NCBI RefSeq assembly: GCF_018350175.1
Contig: NC_058369.1
Span: 23,686,001 to 23,750,000, forward strand
Reading direction: 5' to 3'
DNA length: 64,000 nt
Origin: Felis catus
Lineage: Eukaryota
Shown in pieces: positions 13,701-26,200 of the stretch. Both the position numbers and the translations under genes were made by a program. A model generated the notes under the pieces. The model saw nothing but the letters and a program-made list of their open reading frames with translations. It was not told the DNA's origin and ran no database searches. Position 1 is the first letter of the stretch. Each line of letters begins with the position of its first letter.

Positions 13701-14493
13701 CTGGGCCTCCCCGACTCTTGCCCTGCCCTTCTAGAGGCCTCTGGCTCCACCCCCTCAAAGACCCCATTTCCTACTTGCTTTGGTAAGGAGACATCCCTCC
13801 ACACCCCCTACCACTATCCTTCTCCTATTGCCTCTCCTGACCCAAACCACAAACTCAAGCCAGGCCCTGCTCCATGAATAATAATGGCAATGACAGTAAT
13901 AGTAACCCACAAATTATTTCTAATCTACTGAGCCCTCGTGTCCCAGGTAAAGAGCTTTACACACATTCTTTCATTTTATCCTTTGAAGAAACTCTCAAAT
14001 CATATGTATTCCCATTCCTACTTCACAGATGAACTGAGGGGCAGAAAGGTGACCCAACTCTCCCGTGGTCATAAAGCTTAAAATCAAACCCAGAATTATC
14101 CAGCACCAAAGCTTGCTTTGTAACACACACAACATCCACAGCACAGCGAAATTCCAGGAGCGTAAGAGAATAGTGTAGAAGCCGATTCCTTTTCTTCCAA
14201 ATCAAGGAGATGCAGAGCAGCTGAGAGAAGGAGCCGGAAAGTACAGGCGAAGTTCCCATCCTTGGCACCTGCCACCTGTACCAACGAGCTCCTGCCTTAA
14301 ATTCACTCTCCTCTACCCTCAGCTGTAGCTCCCAAATCAATCTACTGGCCGAATTAAATGCCCAGCACTGTCCTCACGAGCTAGCACAACGTGAGCAGCT
14401 ACAATGGACTCAGAAACCCCCTTGCTCAGCAATGCCCCGCCCACCTTCACTCCTCAGAAGACAGGATTATTCAGAACAGAGAGAAGTTAATTT

Positions 14494-15004
14494 TCTTTTT
14501 TTTTTTTGATTTTCAACATATTTTTATAATAAATATAATTTATTGTCAAATTGGTTTCCATACAACACCCAGCGCTCATCCCAACAGGTGCCTCCTCCAT
14601 GCCATCACCCACTTTTCCCTCTCCCCTACCCCCCATCAATCCTGTTTGTTCTCAGTATTAAAGTCTCTTGTGGTCTTATGGGAGTCTCTGTAACTCCCTC
14701 CCCCCTTCCCCTCCACCATGGTCTTCTGTTAAGTTTCTCAGGATCCACATAAGTGAAAACATATGGTAACTGTCTTTCTCTGCCTGACTTACTTCACTTT
14801 AGCCTAATACCCTCCAGTTCCATCCCGCGTTGCTACAAACGGCCACATTTCATTCTTTCTCATTGCCAAATAGTATTCCATTGTATATATAAACCACATC
14901 TTCTTGATGCACAGGGGCACTTGCACCCCAATGTTTATAGCAGCACTTTCAACAATAGCCAAATTATGGAAAAAGCCTAAATGTCCATCAACTGACAAAT
15001 GGAT
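14494..15004 (-). mobile_element. 5'-truncated, 5'-inverted feline-type LINE-1 (511 bp)
   Basis: T-tail plus reversed L1 3' UTR to 14905, then a sense-oriented ORF2 piece to 15004. TSD AGAGAAGTTAATTT at 14480-14493 and 15005-15018. Confidence 0.88.
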
Positions 15005-16640
15005 AGAGAAGTTAATTTCCTAAAACACTTCTTTCATTCACTCGGGCTATCCCTGAGAAATCCAGGGTTAATGTTTAACTCCGGGCTTGCAGTGGAGACC
15101 AGCCCCCAGGCTCAGCAGAGCATAGAGGAAGGAGGCCAGCCAGGGCACTTCCCCTGCCCACGGCTCACCGTCAAAGGACCCCACTGCCCTCCAGTTGGTG
15201 GCCACCCCTCCAGTGGCAGTTGAAAAGGGAACAGAATAGAAACCTGGGGAAAAGACACAACTGCAATCAACTTCACACAAACCTGTTCCAGGTCCAGAGT
15301 TTCACCGTCCCATAGGAGCCACCTGACAAGGCAAATCAAGACTTCCTGCGTGGGATACACTCTGGACTTAGCACAAACGCAAACTGTCTCAACAATAATG
15401 TTCATAATGACTTCGCGTGAAAATGACCAATAGTTTTGATATATTGGGTTAAATATATTATCAGAATTAATTCCATTTCCTTCCTTCTGTTTTTATCAGG
15501 CTATTAGTCAATCTTAAATGACACAGGTGGTTGGCATTACATTCTGTTTGACAGCAACGCCCTGGACAGAGGCCCTGGGTACAACTGTTCCTGCTGCTTC
15601 TTCCTCTCCCTCCCACCATGATGGCTCAGTCACCAGCTGGACCTTCCTCCCCTTTAAGCCTGCCCCTCCCTTGCTTCAGCGCTCCCCAGGGCTCCCCATT
15701 ACAGGTCACATCAACCCTCAGCCACTCTCCCCAGCCCTCCAGGCAGCCCTGGTGCATTCACTGGCCCTGTGCTGACCTTAGCTAGTGACCCCGGAAGCCA
15801 TCTCCACCCTCCTTCGTCTCTTCTGCCCTCCTGGCATGCTGTCCGAGCAGGGTGAAGAACAACCCCCTCCTGCCCCCACTCCTCACAGTCTTTTACCTTC
15901 AGAAGTTTGCACATAATTACTCCTTCCCCTCCTCTTTAATGAGCTCCTGGCTCCCGGGGTGCAGGAACATGGGCCCAGACTTGCCCTTCTTCTGGGGCTG
16001 GTTGCTGCCCGGCCACACCCACCTCACCCTATTGCTAATGCCCAGCAGGTGGGGGCCCCTGGAGCTCAGCCTCTCTCACCTGAGCTGCACACCTGTCAGG
16101 CACTGACACCCAGGCGGGGTGACCCTGCTCCCACAGCTTCTCCTCAGGGGCTCCTTTACTGGCGACCATCTCCCCACCTGCCCTTCCTTCAAGTGTTCCG
16201 GCTCTTACTCTGCCAGGAGCCCTCTCCCCAGGCTTTCAGCTCAGCAACGCCCACACTTCCACTCTCAGCAACTCCTAAAGCACCCACCCCTGGAGCAGAA
16301 AGAAACCCCCACTGTCTGCCCTCAGATATTCACCAAGCACCCTCACCCATAGCATTTAATCCTTGCTGCTATCCCATGTGACAACAATCATGCCCATTTC
16401 ATAGACGAGTAAATTGAGGCTTGGAGTGACAATTTGCTCAGGCTCAGGCTGAGCCACACTCTGAAGACAAGTCAGTCTGTAAACTTCAGCGCTCACTAGT
16501 GTTGTCAGGAGAGCACAGGTGGACCAAGGTTTGAACCCCAACAGTATCACTTTTCAGGGCTGCAGTTTTATGCAAGCTTCTTAGTCCCTCTCTGCCTCTG
16601 TTTCCTCGAGCAGGGATTGCATTTAAAACAATACCTAGAT

Positions 16641-16869
16641 GGGGCACCTGGGTGGCTCAGTCAGTTAAGCATCTGACTCTTTGTTTAGGCTCAGGTCATG
16701 ATCTCATGGTTTGTGAGTTCGAGCCCCACATAGGGCTCTGTGCTGACAGCGAGGAGCCTGCTTGGGATTCTCTGTCTCCCTATCTGCCCCTCCCCGACTC
16801 ATGCTGTCTCTGTCTCTCTCAAAAGTAAAATGAAGTTTAAAAATAAATAAATAAATACATAAATAAAAC
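16641..16869 (+). mobile_element. Can-SINE
   Basis: ggggcacctgggtggctcag head and (AAAT)n tail; TSD-like aacaatacctaga / aacaatgcctaga. Confidence 0.9.
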
Positions 16870-16884
16870 AGAACAATGCCTAGA

Positions 16885-17135
16885 AAAGGGTCAGTGGCAG
16901 TGCAAGCAAGGTCAAAGTGATATCCTTGCCGAAAGAGGAGGTGAGCCAAGGAACACAGACTACCTGTAGAAGTGGAAGGAGAAGGAACGGATTCTCCCCG
17001 AGAGCCCCAGAAGGAATGCAACCCTACCACCTGTGACTTGAGCCCATGAGACCCACTGACAGAATTCTGTTCCAACCTGCAGAACTGTAAGAGAATACAG
17101 TTCGAGTTGTTTTAAAACACTGCCTACAAGTGCCA
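16885..17135 (+). mobile_element. MLT1 (ERVL-MaLR) LTR fragment
   Basis: gcaagcaagg...gagccaaggaa...aacggattctcccc...acctgcagaactgtaagagaata...gttgttttaa. Confidence 0.65.
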
Positions 17136-17330
17136 TGTAGTAAGGGCCCAATAAGCTTCAGCTGTTGCTCCTAGCGAGCCTCCAGTCTTGTTCTGCACTC
17201 GGCTGGGAGCTCCGGGAGTATGTGAGATGTGCCCTGGGCCACTCTTGGCCTCCCTGCCCTAGTCTACAGTGAGGGTCTTGAGGGTACTATGATGATGAGG
17301 GTGAGATGGAGGGAGCCAGGGGAACACAGG

Positions 17331-17660
17331 TGTTGTGGACTGAATGTTTGTTCCCTCCATCCTTATGTTGAAACCTTAACCCCCAACGTGATTGGGTTAG
17401 ATGGGGGCATGCAGGTGGGGCCCTCTTGATGGGATTAGTGGGTCTCCAGTTCCCTTCCCTCTCCCCCTCCACCCTGTCAGGTGAGGACACAGTGAGAAGG
17501 TGGCCCTCTGCAAGTCAGGAAGAGAGCCCTCACCAGAACGTGACCGTCCGACACCCTGATCTCACACTTCCAGCCTCCAGAATGACGAGAAAATAAACTT
17601 CTGTGGTTCAGGCCACCAGTCTCTGGTATTTCACTGTGGAAGCCTGAGCAGGCTGAGACA
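17331..17660 (+). mobile_element. MLT1A/MST-like MaLR solo LTR
   Basis: TG...CA ends; tgttgtggactgaatgtttg...atgttgaaaccttaaccccc...ttccagcctccagaa...aataaa...gctgagaca. Confidence 0.75.
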
Positions 17661-18084
17661 GGAGGTCAGTCTTGTCTAGAAAAGCCTAGAAAATAAGGAA
17701 TGAATGGCACAGCCCAACCTCACAGGAATCTCCAGACCTCAGTGCTCCTTGGCACAGAGGCCCTAATAGCTAGCACAGGAAGACAGTCTCCACACCTCAT
17801 GGACCTTGTAACCAAGATAATAATCGAGTTGGAGCAGGCTGTGTGTGAAAAACAAGCCTAGGGGCCCTCATCTAGACACCAACCCGGTGGGACTTCACAT
17901 CCTGGGGTCCAGACCACACTAAAAATCCACTACCACCACACTATTCCTTTTCCTGATTTCAAAAGGAGGAGGGCACCCTGAAGAAATGTTTTTAAGAATA
18001 AAAAAGAAAATGCATGTCAATCCTACCATCCAGAGAAAACATGCTGTTAATATTTTGTGCATTTCCCTCAGTTTTTTAAAAATA

Positions 18085-18284
18085 TTTTGTAATGTTTTAT
18101 TTTTGAGAGAGAGAAAGTGAGAGCGAGGGAGGGGCAGAGAGAGAAGGAGACACAGAATCTGAAGTGGGATCCAGGCTCTGAGCTGTCAGCACAGAGCCCG
18201 ACGCAGGTCTTGAACCCAGGAACCGTGAGATCATGACCTGTCCTGAAGGTGGACTCTTAACTGACTGAGCCACTCAGGCGCCCC
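18085..18284 (-). mobile_element. Can-SINE
   Basis: Reverse ggggcgcctgagtggctcagtcagttaag head; T-rich tail. Confidence 0.9.
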
Positions 18285-20724
18285 TCCCCCATCTTTTTAG
18301 AAATAGAAAGACTTCTAAGATTCTTCCATAGCTGAGCTCAGGCTAGATACTCCTCCATGACCTGCCTTTCCCCTTCAAGATTCTATCACAACAACTTTTC
18401 CCTGTCACTAACGTTTCTTTGTAAACCACATTTTAAGAGTAAAATAACATTTCATCATCTGGTTGTCCCATAATTTAACCATTTCCCTTATTGTTAAACA
18501 TTAAGGTGGTTTCTAATAGCACACTGCCATAAATAATGCCACGAGGAATGTGATGCTACATAAATTTTTATTCACCTACCTACCCCTGATCATCTCCTTA
18601 TGATGGATTGCTGGATTCAGGATTACTGTGATTGCCTACACGCTGTTTTATGACTCATGACCCTCACAGAGCGGCACAGGTATGACAGCATCTGTCTCAC
18701 GACATCCTCACCAGCATTGAGTATTATTTCTTTTCAGTATTTTGATAATGTATTATAATATTTGTTTGCATATTTCTTTAAATGCTTATGAGAAAGAATT
18801 GGCACAGGTTTTGATAATTTGGCTCTGGAAAAAAAAACAGGTCAGAGAAATATTCCACTGAATTTGACACCAGCTGAAATTAGACATTTGTTTTCAAGAA
18901 ATGCAGTATTATTATATTTAAGTCAGCTGAACTTTGTGATTCTAACTTGTGGGCAGCAAAATAAATAATGCAGAGGTTTGAACAGCCTAGCTTTGGGAAC
19001 AAACACATAAGCAAAAGAGGAGGCAAGTATCGATATTTATTGAGTGGTTCCCAGTAACCTGTTCTTAACATGCAAAGCCATATTAAATCTTAAATTCTGT
19101 AAGATAAAGTTATTTCTAGCTCTATGGAGAGGGAGAGACTGAGATCCAGAGAGCATCTGTAAGGGACCCAGATGACTCGAGCAGGAGCTGTGCACTGGGA
19201 TTCCAGCACAAGTCTGTCTGCCCCAGAGAACACGTTCTTTCTACTCCCTAACTCAGGCTGCAGTGCAACCAGTGGGTGGAAATAAAGGTGGCCTAGTCTG
19301 AAGGTGGGCTCTCGTATAGGATGAAAGACCCCATGCCATCTGCTATGTTCCTAGATTCTTCAGCAAACTGTGTCCCATAGACTAGAAGGGAAAACCTCAT
19401 CCATCAGTCACCTAATTTATCATCTACTGAAAACAGCAATGAATCACAAACAACCTTATACATTTGCACGTGTCGCATTCCTCAAAATGTATATGAAAGT
19501 TAAATGTAAAAAAAAAAAGTTCCACAAAGAAGGAATATGTCTTACCAAGGAATTATATTCACACAGAGCTAAAAACAAAACAAAACCCCGTAGTTTCGGG
19601 TTGTTAGTGGCTTATGAAATCTCTGGTTGCTCTAGGACACGGGCGTGATTATTTATAAGACACCAACACATACGAAACACTAGCTCACAGGAAATAAAAA
19701 TTCATTTCTCTGAAATATTTAGGTACTGCACGTCTGAGTTCGCTTGTGAGTTTCGCAGTTGCACTCAGAGATGGAAAGCTGTGATTCTAGCATCAGGAAG
19801 AGGGGCTTGTTGGTAGTTTCCTACGAGGGGCCGGTGCAGACCCCAGTGAAGACCGGAAGGGAGTCTGCTGGCACTAATTTAATGCTTTTTACCCACTCTT
19901 TTGAAAAGAATTGGTTATCCATCTTTCTCCCCTTGATAAAGTGAGCTTTCTCAAGCTATGTCCCTTTTAAGAATACCAGTCAGGGAGCTTAGATATATTC
20001 CTGGCTGCAAACTGTTAGCTGGGGCAGGGAGACTTTGAAAGCACGTACCTTGTGTTTCAGGCTGGGTCTTGCCTTTTCCTTGTGAACCAGGCCTGTTTGT
20101 CTATCTGACTTTTCTCCTTCCTTCCTTCTCTCCTCCCTTCAACTTCCCTACTATAAATTACAAAGAGAAATTCAGCATTTTGGTAGAAAGGTCCAAATCT
20201 TCAACACAATTTACAAGTTCTTCATGAGCCTCCAACTGACCTTCCCAGCTCAGCTGGCCACCATCGATCACCTCATTTGTGGCCATGTAGTCATATGGGC
20301 CATCTTTGAGGTTCTCAGAGATGCTATTGTACCACAGGGCCTTTGCATATGCATTTTCTTGTTCCTGGAATGCTCTCCCCTGACTCCACTCCTCTCATCC
20401 CTGCCTTTGCCAAGGTACCTCCTACTTACCAAGCCTCAGTTGAGCCTTAAGCTCAATTTCCATTTCTTTGAAGGAAACCTTCTCTTGTTCCCCAGATTGG
20501 GTTGAGCTCGATGTTATAAACTCTCAGAGCAGCATGAGTGTGCTGTGTGTCAGTCACCAACTGCACTTCCACATTTGTGTGATGGTTTGATGGTCTGTTT
20601 TCCCAATTATCTGGTTAGCCCCACAAGACAGAGCCTATACTGGCTCATCCCTGATTCCTCCGTATCTAGCACTGAGCTTGGCTATGTAAATTTTGCGAGT
20701 ACAAGGAATGGATAAATAATTGTA

Positions 20725-21830
20725 ATTTTATATTCAGGAAAACCTCCATTCAAGATTGAGGGTCAAAATGAAGACATTTTCAATAAAACAAAAACTGAGG
20801 CAATTCTCAGCAACTCACTTAAGGAACTTCTAAAGGCTGTACTTGAGTCAGTGAGGAAAATGAGTTCAGATCACAGAAGGTCTAAGTGACAAGATGTTAG
20901 CAAATACGTTAGAAAATCCACACACACATTTACTGTGTAAAATAATAACTTTGATGTCTACTTTCGGGTACTAAACAACCAATATACTGGTCAAATAAGA
21001 GCATATACATTGGGAGAAAGGCAACTGGAAAGAAAATAATCCAAGAACCTCTTACTTTTTTGAGAAGAGGATGGATGTACTGATTAATATTAGGCTCTAC
21101 TAAGTATAAATGTTTAGGTATCTAGGGTATCCACATTGAAAAATCAGATGGAAAATAGAGCTTCTAAAACAAAAAGGAGGAAAAATGGAACGAGGAAAAG
21201 GAAGCAAAAATCGTCCAAAAGAACAGAAAGGAAGATAAAAGAAACAAAAAGTAGGGCAAACACGAAGTTCAAAACATATCAACGATCAGAAGCAATATAA
21301 TGAATAAAACTTTCCAGTTAAAAGATCAAGATTCAAAAAGATTAAAACAATTAAAGACGAGGGGTGCCTGGGTGGCTCAGTTGGTTAAACGTCCTACTCT
21401 CGATTTCTGCTCAGGTCATGATCTCACTGTTCACGGGTTCAAGCCCCGTGTTGGGTTTGTGTGGACAGTGCAGAGCCTGTTTGGGATTCTCTCTCCTTCT
21501 CTCTCTCCTCCTCCCTCACTCTTGCAAGCAGTCCCTTTCTCAAAATAAATCAATAAACTTAAAAAAAAGTAAAGACAAAAAAATCCAACTCTGGATATTT
21601 AAAAGAAACTCTTACGACCTAAAGACAGAGTAGTTGCATAGAAGGACTGAAAGAGACAAATACCAACCGAAAAAAGACAACAGCAACCATATTAGTGCCC
21701 AACCAATAGACATGAGGTGCAAAGCATTGCTAGCTTTAAAGTTACTGTATAATAGTAGAAGCTTCCTTTAAGCCAGAAAGATATCAAGTGAAGAAATGGG
21801 TATGAGGCCACCAATTCATTTACATCTTCA
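20725..21830 (+). mobile_element. Degenerate old LINE-1 (L1M-type) fragment interrupted by a SINE
   Basis: A-rich L1 ORF1/ORF2-like sequence (attcaagattgagggtcaaaatgaagacattttc...aaaactgag). Confidence 0.55.
21361..21569 (+). mobile_element. Can-SINE
   Basis: ggggtgcctgggtggctcagttggttaa head; tail aaaataaatcaataaacttaaaaa; TSD-like taaagac. Confidence 0.88.
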
Positions 21831-22671
21831 AGTCATTAGGAAAACATACTCATAGAAAGGGAGCACCCTGTCAAAACCAAGGGAGAACTCACCCATTGGC
21901 TGAGCATGCATCACCTTGCTGGGGACACGCGAAGGCCCTCTACCACCTGCCTCAAGCAGAGACACCTCCCCAAGCTCAGCATGGCTTTATCTCCCTCCAC
22001 AGCTGGCCACATAGTCTGACTTCTGCTACCGTCTGGCACAGTTCCTCAAGTGCCCCGCTCAATGCCACATAACTTGCTTACATGTCAGTGGTCCCTTGTT
22101 CTTCCAGCCCCAGGTCAGAAACTCAACAGGACTTAAATGCTCTGTGTCATATAACTCCCCTCTTCCCCAAACCTTACTGCGTAAGTCCGAGTTAAATTCT
22201 CTCCTTTCATTCACTCATCCGACACTTTTGCAGAGGTACCAGGTGCCGGGCACCGTCTGGGGTACACAGGAAAAACTCCTTGAGAGTCCCCAGTCTGACT
22301 CAGTAGCTAGCCTGGAAAATCCTGCTCCTGTCACCTCCTGGGGAGGGTGGTACGTGATACCAACTGCAAAACTGCGGGGCAGCGTTCCCTCGGAAACCAC
22401 AACCCTCCCAGCTTCAAGCGCATGTTACCCCCCCGTCCCCCGCCCCACGCCAATATCCTTTGCCACAGTTCACTAGAGGTCATTCCAACCATGTCCAGCC
22501 TTGCTTCACTTACCCATTTTTATATTTAAAAGTGACTTCAATTATTGCCAAAAATTAATGTTCATCACAGAAAAATTAGAACCTAAAGATTAATACATTT
22601 TAAAACCCGATTCTGCCACTTAGAGATAATGACTATGAATTATCTTTCGTGTACTCTATTCACACTGTTTT

Positions 22672-22695
22672 CACACACACACACACACACACACA
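22672..22695. repeat. (CA)n microsatellite
   Basis: Direct reading. Confidence 0.9.
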
Positions 22696-23069
22696 AATAT
22701 TTTTGCCCACTTATTTCCATTTTGGAGGAATATTTTGTCTGAGGCCAAAAAGGGGGTGAAGCCCCTTGCGGATCAGCAAGCCAGGCACTTGGAGCACTGC
22801 TCACAAATCACACATCCCCAGGATCGAGTACAAGTTTTCCAGTGACAATTTGCAAAACCAACAGCACACCAAACAGTAAGAGAAATACCTTTAAGTAGTC
22901 TCCCCCACAAAAAGAAAATCTAGTCCTTTCTATTAGTTTTCTATAAACCCATGACAGCGAGCCTTACCGCCCGCTAGGCACCACAAGATAAAGCACTGAA
23001 AATGGCATTGCCCTTGTAGCATGTGTGTCTGTGCTCTCTGAACACCTCATCAAAATTCTCTCCTCTCCT

Positions 23070-23620
23070 TTTGAAAACTGTGGGAAGAACACTTAACGTG
23101 AGATTTGCCCTCTTAACAATTTTTTGAGTGCACGGTGCGGTATTGTTAACTACGGGCACAACGTTCTACAACAGAGCTCTAGAATGTATTCCTCTTGCAT
23201 GACTGAAACTTTACACTGGTTGAACAGCCCCCCACCTCCCCCTCCCTCCATCCTCTGGCAACCACTCTTCAACTCTTTGTTCCTATGAATCTGACCATTC
23301 TGGATACCGCGTGTAATTAAATTGCACGGTATCCGTCCTTCTGTGACTGGCTTATTCCACTTAGTGTGATACCCTCCATTTTCACCCTTATTTGTCACAA
23401 ATGGCAAGATTTCCTTTTTTAAAGGCTGAATAATATTCCATTACAGGTATTTGCCACATTTTCCTTATCCATTCTTCTGTGGATGGACACTTAGGTTGTT
23501 TCCCTGTCTTGGCTCTTATGAATAAAAGCCGTAAACAGGGGAGTGCAGCTATCTCTTGAGATCTCAATTGTGTTAGATACACACCCAGAAGTAGGTTTGC
23601 TGGATCGTACGGCAATTCTA
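23070..23620 (-). mobile_element. Old LINE-1 3' end (L1MA8/9-like)
   Basis: gaacacttaacgtgagat...ctgtgactggcttatt...aaggctgaataatattccatt...gatggacacttaggttg. Confidence 0.8.
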
Positions 23621-23747
23621 GGAACCCTGCGAGTCAGGCTTGCGTGAGGCAGTTGAACAACGGGCTGACAGGTGGGCCGATCAGATCTTTTGGCTCCAAA
23701 CCCAGCATCCAATCTGACAGCCAGGTTACTAGCAAGACAGATCTGGA

Positions 23748-23912
23748 GAGCTGGTTTCCAGCTGGCTTCTCAGTGTCACTTGAGGCACCTAGAAAAATAC
23801 AGCTTCCCAGGACTCACCCCAAGCATAATGAATCTGATATCCAAGGGCGGACCCTAGAACCTGTTATGAATATCCTAGCTGATGCTGGAGCTCTGTCACA
23901 TTTGAAAAGCAT
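23748..23912. mobile_element. MER5-like hAT-Charlie fossil
   Basis: gtcacttgaggcacctagaaaaatacagcttcccagg...aatctgat...tttgaaaagcat. Confidence 0.5.
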
Positions 23913-24439
23913 AGCAGAAAGCAAATTCACAACTCTTTGATCACCCTGATGGCTCAAATCTTTCTTAAGATAGCAGGAGACACCTCAACACCTTCCAACA
24001 AGTTTCTGTTGTGGTGTTGGATTCTGTGATTGCACTATTCTAACTGACACAGTCGGGAAGCCTTGGCACTCTTAGCACCCGCCACATTACAGCCCTCCAT
24101 CCTGCCTTTTGCATCTACGTCTCTATGGCGTATGTACCCACAGGGGCGCATCGACCCATTTGGGCATTATACATACAAGAATAAAGGTCCACAGAACAAG
24201 GTGGCTGATCTGTGAGTTACAAACTCTAAAGTCTAGCGAAACTGTTCTCTGTAGGGTAATTTGTCTGATTTAACTCAATTCCCTGTTGGCCGCAGGTGCC
24301 TGTGCTATAGTGAAAGACTGTGGAGGCCACTCTGTCTCCTGTAGGGCCATCCTGAGCCTCTGGTGGGTACAGGCATGGTTCTGGGCCAGTGCTTCTAGAA
24401 GAACTTTCCTCCATAGGGGGAGGGGAAGGGAAGTCCCAC

Positions 24440-24578
24440 AGCTGCACTGTCATCTTGGGTATGTGGCTACTGAGCACTTCAAATGTGGCTAGTGCAACTG
24501 AGGAACTGGATAATTTTACTTTAATTAATTTAAACTTAAATAGCCATAGGCAGCTAACAGCTCCTGTATTATTGGGCA
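24440..24578. mobile_element. MER3/MER33-like DNA transposon fossil
   Basis: atgtggctactgagcacttcaaatgtggctagtgcaactgaggaactg...aatagcca...gtattattgggcag. Confidence 0.65.
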
Positions 24579-24721
24579 GTGAGTGCACATCACGCGAGGC
24601 AGGAAACACCAGCTTAGTTTTACAGATTGATATTCAGAGAAGGAAAATGACATGCCTGAGGTCACCGAGTGAGGCAGGGCAAGGATTCAAACCCAAATTC
24701 ACTCCATGATACGTTAACTGC

Positions 24722-24723
<2 letters not shown>

Positions 24724-24760
<37 letters not shown>
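24724..24760. repeat. (CA)n microsatellite between 31-bp direct repeats
   Basis: Direct reading. Confidence 0.95.
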
Positions 24761-24761
<1 letters not shown>

Positions 24762-24959
24762 AGATTCACTCCACGATACGTTAACTGCTTGCCACACACA
24801 CGATGTGTGTAAAACGTTGATAGGGGATCAAATAAAAGTGAACATCCCATTTCTGAGATATCAACTCTGTTTTAGTTACAAAGCCAAAACAGAAAGGAAA
24901 GCCACGAAGCAGGACACGCACTATCAATTCTGCCTCACCATGTAGACAGCCCGGCCAAG

Positions 24960-26200
24960 GGACTTGGCTTCCTCCTCCGACAGTCCTGGCTCGAGAGGGG
25001 CCTTGTGGTCGAGCGTGTTTTATTGCATGCCCAAAACTCCAAGATAGCTCGGCCTCCGAGAACAAAAGTGATTGCGGGGTGAAGAGGGAAGGGGGCCAAG
25101 AGGCTGTCCCCGCATCTCCCAGGGTGGACATCACGTCTGGCCAGTCACATTCGGGCCACCGCACTGATGGGGACAGGGCCCCAGCGCCCTGGGAAGCGTC
25201 CCCAGCTGCCTCCTCGGCTCACCGCGTCCCGGGAAAACTCGGTTCTAGCAGTTACGGTCAGCCATTTAAATCGCATTACCCTGTAAGTGGATATACAAAT
25301 TGTCGGCCCTAATGAAATTTAGGAGGAAGCGGTGGGAGAGGTGAAAACACTCAGAACTGGTTTCTTGGTTTTCGGGCCCCGGATTCAAGTGGTTTACCCT
25401 GCTCGCTGAGAACGTGCTTGGAGTGTGGTTTTTCTGCCAGCTCCTGCAGGCTCCCCGGGGAAGGCACGGTCGAGGCTTCTTCCCGCCGCTCACCCTGAGA
25501 CTGCCCCGTGGCGCGGACCCCGGGGCAGACAGGGCGCTGCTCCGGCAAGACAGGGTCGTTTCTGCACCCCACCAAAGGCCTGGCGCTCGGAGGCATCCGG
25601 GAAATGCGGGATGAAAGAGTCAAAGCAGACAGCCCCCACGCACGGGTGAGTCGCGAAAGTCTGAGAGGCCCTAGAACAGGAAATCCACGGGCGACGCCAG
25701 AAATCCCTCCGCAGAGACTGCGGGGACGGGAGGGTGGGGAGGTGGCCCCCTCTCCGCGTCTTCGCTGGGAAAACTCCGACTCCTGAGACCCCGCGCTGAA
25801 GGCGCGGCGGATTAACTATCGCGTCATCTGCCACTAAATAATTGATCAGGCTTCTCTCTCTCTCCAGGGCACACGGGAGGGCTTGCGGATTAAGTTAATA
25901 ATCTAATGGCTTCCGTTTATTGAGTGGTCACCATTGCCTGTCACCGTGCCCTTTGCCCCGTAGCCCTCCTCCCCAAACCCCAACCCCCCCCCCCCCCCAG
26001 TGGATATGGTTTGCCCCTTTACAGACAAGGAAATGAAAGCTCTAGAGGTCAAGAAACCTGCCTCCGACTGTGCAGGTGTTTCTGATTCCAAAGCTCAGGG
26101 TTTTCCTAGCCTCGCGGCACGCCATGCAGGGTGAGGCACCCGCGTGCAGGGTGAGGCGCCCACCTGGTCGTGGTGGGTGTGTGGGTGTGTGGCGGAGGAG
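24960..26200. promoter_or_regulatory. Orphan CpG-rich element ~8-9 kb beyond the WNT5A 3' end
   Basis: Abrupt rise in CpG (25480-25830 densest) in non-repeat, non-coding sequence. Confidence 0.6.

Noticed and set aside
15182..15218. Two adjacent CTCF-like motifs (minus strand CAACTGGAGGGCAGTG and CCACTGGAGGGGTG)
   Set aside because: Each has mismatches at informative core positions; unsupported without a PWM scan or ChIP data.
24693..24790. Repeat-spacer-repeat pattern superficially like CRISPR
   Set aside because: Only two copies, the spacer is a CA microsatellite, and the DNA is mammalian with no cas genes.
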